Assembly (NCBI GenBank): GCA_012295275.1
Contig: CM022678.1
Location: 19,716,001 to 19,780,000, forward strand
DNA length: 64,000 bases
Source of the DNA: Chrysomallon squamiferum
Taxonomy: Eukaryota > Animalia > Mollusca
Reading direction: 5' to 3'
The notes under the pieces are model-generated. The model saw only the letters and a list, made by a program, of their open reading frames with translations. It searched no databases and had not been told where the DNA came from. The stretch's first letter is position 1; every line of letters begins with the position of its first letter. Below are positions 56,991 through 64,000 of the stretch, piece after piece. The position numbers and the translations under genes were made by a program.

Positions 56991-57343
56991 CAAACATTAA
57001 AAGTAACAATAACACATTAATAAGCAGTAATTTTCCTTCAAATTGTAGATAAACTATAAATCAATGTTTGTGTCTAATCATTATTTGTATATGTAAAATG
57101 GAAATAAAACTGACATGAAAATTATCAGTGACAAATTAGTGAGTAGTAATGTTACTTGAAGTTTTATATAAAGGTTTAAAGGTAAAAAAAAATAAAAAGG
57201 TTTTCATATATTCATACTTTCAACTGTAAATATATCTAAGATGAAAATTATAAACAAATTTGTGAGAACGAACTTTTCCGTTGGAACACTTTTTTAAAAC
57301 AAATTGTTACTACTACTACTACTACTACTACTACTGCTACTAT

Positions 57344-57390
<47 letters not shown>

Positions 57391-58958
57391 TTACTACTAC
57401 TACTACTACCACTGTTACTGCTACTACAACTACTACTAGTACTTTTATTTATTACCTTTCTTGTTAACTTTAAGTTGTAGATGCGATATTACATTAATAC
57501 TAACAAATATAAATAGTATCTTTCCTTCAAAAGCGTCGTCTTTAACAAGTGCAAAGTAATTATCTTTTTAATGAGGATGATTCGCTGCAGACTCGGTGTC
57601 TCCGACTTACAACATCTTGGCTGTGAATTTATTTAACTGTAAGCCTAAATGTAAATGGTTCTGTTATTTCTGTAAACCGTAATCGTATTGTTTATTAGGT
57701 CATTAAAATTCAGATACGAAATTGTCTGAGTTTATAACAAAATTAAAAACAGCAACGATAACAACACCAACAACACAAAAAAAAAAAAAAAATAAAAGAA
57801 TAAAATTAAAATTAAAATTAAAATTAAATAAATAAAAATTAAATGAACAAAACAAGATAATTTAGGTGTTTCTTTTTTTTTTTTAAAACTGTCTTGCTGT
57901 TGTTGTTGCTGTAGTTTTAGTTTCTGTCGTCGTTTCTCAATGATTAATACCACGTTTTTTAAAATTCTTGTTTTGTCTTTAAAATTTAGCGAAAACATTT
58001 ACGGATAGAAAAAAGTAATGAAACACAAAGGGACTTTCAGCATTCTAGAATATATTTAATCTATATTCATCATCACCATCATCATTGCCATCATCATAAT
58101 CATTATCAGTAGTAGTAGTAATAGTATTAATAACTCTAACAATAATACTAGTAGAGTAGTAGCAGTAGTAGCAGCAGTAGACGTAGTAGTAGACGTAGTA
58201 GAAATAGTAGTAGTAAAATACAGAAGCATCAGTGGTATAGCTATTATTTATTTGTCTGTCTGTCTGTCTATCTCTCTGTCTGTTTGTTTGTTGTTTGTTT
58301 GTTTTTTAAATGACCTTGGACTACAGAAATAACACAATTCGTATCAATGAATCAAACGAGATAGAAATAGAAAAAAAATAATCCAAAAAAAAAAGTGAAC
58401 AGAAAGAAAATACGATGGAAGAAATTAGATCTGTCTTCTAAGACGGAGTCGATGTGGTTGCATATATCACAAAAAAAACAACACAAATACCCCAAAGACC
58501 AATATTTACCAATACATTATTCATCAAAACAGGCTGGTGAGAGTTCTACATCGATTTCCTTCACTTGTGAAAATACTAGAAGTATCAGGTTACTAACCCT
58601 TTTTTTTTTTATTTTCTTTTATCTTATTTTTATATTTATTTATCCTTTAATTTTTTTTTTTTGTATTATTTTTTTCTTTTATTATTATTTTATCTTTATT
58701 TATTTACTTATTTAATTAATTAATTAATAAATTTGATTATTATTATTACTTGTGGATTTATTATTATTATTATTATTATTATTTTATTTTATTAATTATT
58801 AATTTTTATATATTACTATATTTTTATATATATTACTTTGATTTATTTATTAATTTTAAAAATAAATATATATATATATATATATATATTGTTGTCATTA
58901 AAAAAAATTAAATTAACAGAAAGAAACAAAGAAAGAAAGAAAGAAAGAAACAAACAAA

Positions 58959-58989
<31 letters not shown>

Positions 58990-59703
58990 AAAAATAAATA
59001 AAACCAATATATAACTATAAATAAACAAATAAATAAACAAACAAACAAATAGCTTTATATTTTAAAACCTCGGCCATAATCTTATTTCTTAATGCCATAA
59101 ATTAAAAGTCTTTTTCATACATCCTTTCTGAAAGCATCTATATTTCTATATATTTGTTTTTTCTAATTACTTTTCTATTTATAAATACATGTGTATTTAT
59201 GGCTAACTATGTGTGAATCCGTAAGTCTTCGAAAAAAAAAAAAAAAGATTAATAGCAGATATTAACACTATATGAAACAATTTACAGAAATATTTATTGG
59301 TGAACTGTAGACACTGTTTTAGCAGTTGTGATATTTTTGGTTCGCTACAGATAATTTATAAGTGTCTGTAATAGGAAAACTTCCCAACTGCGAGTAGTAT
59401 CGATTTCAGGTTACCATCGACAATATATCACACGCATTTAATGACAGTACTAACGGATTTTACGACAAGTTTACCGGGGCAGGTTTGCGTCCATGACTGT
59501 TAATTACATATCTAATAGACATGCGTCCCTGATTCTGTCAGCTCGAGCCGAAAACCTCGCGCCATTTCCCGCCAAGAGCTGATAGCGTCATTTCCGCTAA
59601 CACGAGCAACCGCCATTGGAAGCAGACGATGAAAATGGAGGAAAATAAAAACATTGTTCGGTAATGTGCGTGAAATAGGAATGATAAAAAAAAGACGTGT
59701 GTA

Positions 59704-59735
<32 letters not shown>

Positions 59736-60150
59736 TATTATTGGTAGTAGTAGTAGCAGCAACAGCAGTAGTAGCATCAGTAGTAGTAGTAGCAGTAGTA
59801 GCAGTAGTACTGGTAGTACAAAATAAATACATATAATAAATTTAAGTAGACCCATTTTAAGATTAGATCTTGTTAAATGTCAAAGAAAATATATGCAAAG
59901 AGTAAAAATAAGTATTAATAATAATAACTGCTATTTGTTATTGCTGTTGTTTATAGTGATATTAGTGGAAATGGTAATGTAGTATCAGTATTGGGAGAAG
60001 TCTAGGCAAATATGGTTGCCTTTAATTCCTGATATTTTTCGAAAAATCTGAATGAGAAAAATAAATAAATGGAGTGAGAGAGACACATACAAACACTGGT
60101 TACAATGACTAATATAATGCAGGACGATATATCGGTGTGTGTTTATATAC

Positions 60151-60186
<36 letters not shown>

Positions 60187-60642
60187 AGCTGCTGGAAACT
60201 CGAGTAGACTGATCACCACGCTTCATTTCTCGCTAAAGTAGTTTTAATTTAGGAGATTTCGACCTGCACCTGTTTTCGTGGCGATAAAGCCAGCACGTGG
60301 TAACCACTCGACGCCGGCTTGAATCAGCTCGGCTCCCGAGGTTTTACGTGCGCGCAAATTAAACTGTTACGTTACGTCTTATCTCCCGTTAGCGCAGATA
60401 GCAGCACAGTCGAAAATAAACATTATTAAAAATGTAATTATCTGATATGTAATGTGTGTGTTTGTGTGTCTATTTCAGTAAAAATGAAACAAATACCTTT
60501 AACTAGAAGAGAGAACTACAGTAATAACAATAAAAATAATAATAATAAAGCAAACTAATAATAATAATCATGATAATAAAGCAAAGCAGTAATAATAATA
60601 ATAAACATAATAATAATAATAATAATAATAAAATAATAATAA

Positions 60643-60730
<88 letters not shown>

Positions 60731-60782
60731 TAATAATAAATAATAATAATAATAATAATAATAACAATAATAATAATAAAAA

Positions 60783-61974
60783 ATGCAACAAAAACTAGAC
60801 AGGGCTCAAAACCAAGCACTCAGGATAATAAACGGAGCAATGATGTCAACTTCGTTGAAAAATGGAACAGCTAACAGATATCCTACCCTTCAACAAACGC
60901 CGGGAATCCAAGCTCACGTCACTAAGTTCAAGTATTTGCCACAACACCCAGTGAACGAGATAATTGATAACTATTCCTACAACAGACTGAAATAAACTAG
61001 CTTTCAAAAACTGAGCAAATCACTCCTCAGTCAACACAAGAAGAAGTGTCAGAACAAATCCGTCATGTTAGTGCAGTCATCTGAATCCCACCTTGAAACC
61101 ACAACTGGACAGTGCAAAAGATCGGCACAATGGTCCAACACCTCACTGAACTGGAGAGTAACATTGCAAGCCATACAAACAAGCTTTCACACCAGCCATG
61201 TCAGATAAACAGTCCCAAGAGACATCATGGACTCGGGTATATTCTGACAGATCAGCAACAAATGCTTGCAAAATGAAAAGGCTGGAAAATACCACATATA
61301 ACCTAGTGGCTACCGAGAGGAGGCAGATCTTCCTACATGGAACATTTTCACGAACTGTGATGCAAGACTGAGGCACTCCTTCATGCTGCCAACATCATCA
61401 GAACTGGTAATACGTCGTCTTCCTCACAGATATTCTCTCAGATCTCAAGGTTATCTTGAAAACAAGAAGCCAGACATACTTTCATAAGCCTTAGATCCTA
61501 TCAGATGTGTCAACCAAATCGTGTTGCAATGGACCCCAACTCACTGTGGCAAACCTGGAAATGAGAACGCAGACACACTGGCAAAAATTAGGTGCAGGTA
61601 ATGAACTGGAGGATAACTGGGTGTCATATGAAGAGATGAAATCCCATATTAAATCTTCCTATCAACCTCCAAAACAAAGTGATGACTGTCACCTGCTATC
61701 CCTTCATGAAAAATACATCATTTTCTGATTGGACACAAACAGGCTCAACCAGCAAATACAAAAGAAGTTCTGACTTGTGTCTTTTTTTCCAAGAGCTCTT
61801 TGGGAGACGCCTGAACGTGTCACCCCAACCTGCATACACCTACAGCAGTAGAGACAGACTACCTGCACAACTACAACAACTCTTCAGAAGAATCTGAATG
61901 ACACAAAAGTGATCTACAGAGAACAGTTAGTTTTAGTCACTGCTGGTCTTGACTTCTAGTCAAACAAACGATCG

Positions 61975-61987
<13 letters not shown>
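60783..61987 (+). mobile_element. 5'-truncated decayed non-LTR retrotransposon (LINE with RNase H), antisense in the K+ channel intron
   Basis: KLDRAQNQALRIINGAMMST (post-RT region); WTRVYSDRSATNA (~61228, cf. YTDGS); VVFLTD (~61414); LQWTPTHCGKPGNENADTLAK (~61524); multiple frameshifts and stops; A-run at ~61975. Confidence 0.85.
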
Positions 61988-62005
<18 letters not shown>

Positions 62006-63476
62006 GATAAATAATAAAATAAAAATAAATAAATAAATAAATAAAAAAACAAAAACAAACAAACAAACAAATCAATATCACACAGTAATGTCGTTTTATC
62101 CTATTTACCTTTTTATTTCCCTCGTTCGTTATTTCACTTTTTAATCATTCTTTTCTCTTTTCTTCTTTCTTTTATTCGTACTTTCTCTCTCCTTTATTCA
62201 TTCTTTCTCTCTGCCTTTCTTTTATCCATTTCTACTCTTTTTTTGATATTTCGTTCTTCTCTTTTTTATTCTTTATTTCTAATTTTAATAATTTTTTTGT
62301 TTGATTGTTTTGTATTGCTTATGCTTTACCCATTTAACAGCAAGTGTAAAATTTTTACATTCTCATATAATTGCTTCTTCTGTTATCCGTTTTTAACCGT
62401 TCTTGAACGCTATTATTTTACTGTGGTATTTCGGTTACATTTAAAACCATTCTTCAGTATTTTTTTCTGTTTGTGTCTATCAGTGACTGTCGACACTGTA
62501 GTGGTAGTTGTTTATTTTATACTGTTTCGTTGTAGTAGCAGTTGCTTTATTTTGTTATAATAGATGCTGTTATTATTGTTGATTTTGTTTTGGTTTTGTT
62601 TTTACTTTATTATTTTTTTTAATTATGTATTTTCTTTGTTGTTGTCTTATTTGTTATTAAAGGAATGAATTATTTTTTACTTTTTCTTGTAAATGTTGAG
62701 TTTTGCGTGTCATCTATGAAACAGCTGTTCACTCTGGGTGCTTCGGCCTCAGTGTTGCTATTGTTGTTGCTGCTGCTGTTGCTGCAACCATTCACAAAAC
62801 ATAAAACAAAAAGCGACGAATTCTTTTTTTTTGAAAACTGGATTTATCGTCTGCTAATTACCTGCACGTGTTGCGTAGTGATCGCATCATCACCCACGAA
62901 TAGCGCGCGCTTCAAACTGCAGCCGCTCACGAAAATACATCACACACGACAACACATCAAGGTGATACACTAGAACGCTGACGATGATGATAAACAACGA
63001 CGTGGTCATTTATTAATGTAGTTTTTTTATAACCTTCATCAGGAGAAAAAAAACAAAACAAAGCGTGCTACATAACAGCTGGTGTACGTCCGTCCGTGTT
63101 AATAGTGTTAAAACAAACCACGTGATCAGAGAAAGATAAACACAGTCTGCTCCGTAGATTAAAACCATATGTCACAATAACTTTCACACTTTTTCTCTTA
63201 ATAAATACGTGTATTAATACGGTTTTTCAACAAAAAAATTAAAAGTTTTTTTTTTGATTAAATGATTTTTTTTTTTTTTTAGTCATATTTTGCAGTTGAA
63301 TTTTTCAGTTTTTTTTTTAATAAAATCACCCTTAAAAAAATACAAATAAACATATCTATTTACTTAATGTAGCAATGGTTGGCTATAGGAGAAAAAAAAA
63401 AATGAAAGAAAAAGATTATATAAATATTAAAGATGAAAGAAAGTAGTGAAAATGCATTTGCTGGAATTCTTAACGA

Positions 63477-63518
<42 letters not shown>

Positions 63519-63908
63519 ACTCACAGACACACAAATTGTTTTTAAAAACTTAAAAGGAAGGAAGAAAGAAAGAAAGAAAAGAAATCATTAGTCAGTCAGT
63601 CAGTAAGACAGTCAGTCAGTCCATCAGTAAGACAGTCAGTCAGTCATTTTTTCAGTCAGTAAATTTATTTCATTCTGCAGTAAATATATTTACTGCAGTC
63701 CGATATTCTAAAAACAACTAATCAAACATTTATGCAATTCTCACTGGAACTTGCCGACATTACGGTGATGTTTCTGATTAATTGTCACCTAATGTCAATG
63801 ACGCATGCACATACGTCATAGTGACGTGATAAACAGTTACAACGTAATAGGTTATGACGTAATCTGTTTGGAGATGACATACGACTTGAAAACGGTAGTA
63901 TGTTCTAC

Positions 63909-63982
<74 letters not shown>

Positions 63983-64000
63983 ACTAATGATTGTGCTTAG

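Overview
AT-rich, microsatellite-dense animal genomic DNA with spliceosomal introns; gene content points to a spiralian, probably a mollusc (inference). Six protein-coding genes can be read directly. (1) TRAPPC9/NIBP, minus strand, 23 coding exons, 29876->3255, with one U12-type GT-AG intron and two exons that are locally garbled, probably by assembly error. (2) A two-exon gene with two TALE-class homeodomains (SPILE/spiralian-TALE-like), nested on the same strand inside TRAPPC9 intron 5; it has a single frameshift, and all flanking splice sites are phase 0, so in-frame TRAPPC9/homeobox chimeras are possible. (3) A divergently transcribed ~685-aa acidic orphan with a C-terminal membrane anchor. 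(4) A secreted conodipine-type phospholipase-A2-fold protein lacking the catalytic His-Asp. (5) An NmrA/NMRAL1-like protein with an MGCxxS acylation motif. (6) The last exon of a TASK/SUP-9 two-pore K+ channel, whose intron carries a decayed RNase-H-bearing LINE. A recurring oddity is that many minisatellites are tandem copies of real splice sites or of stop-codon regions. Family calls come from recalled motifs, not database searches.
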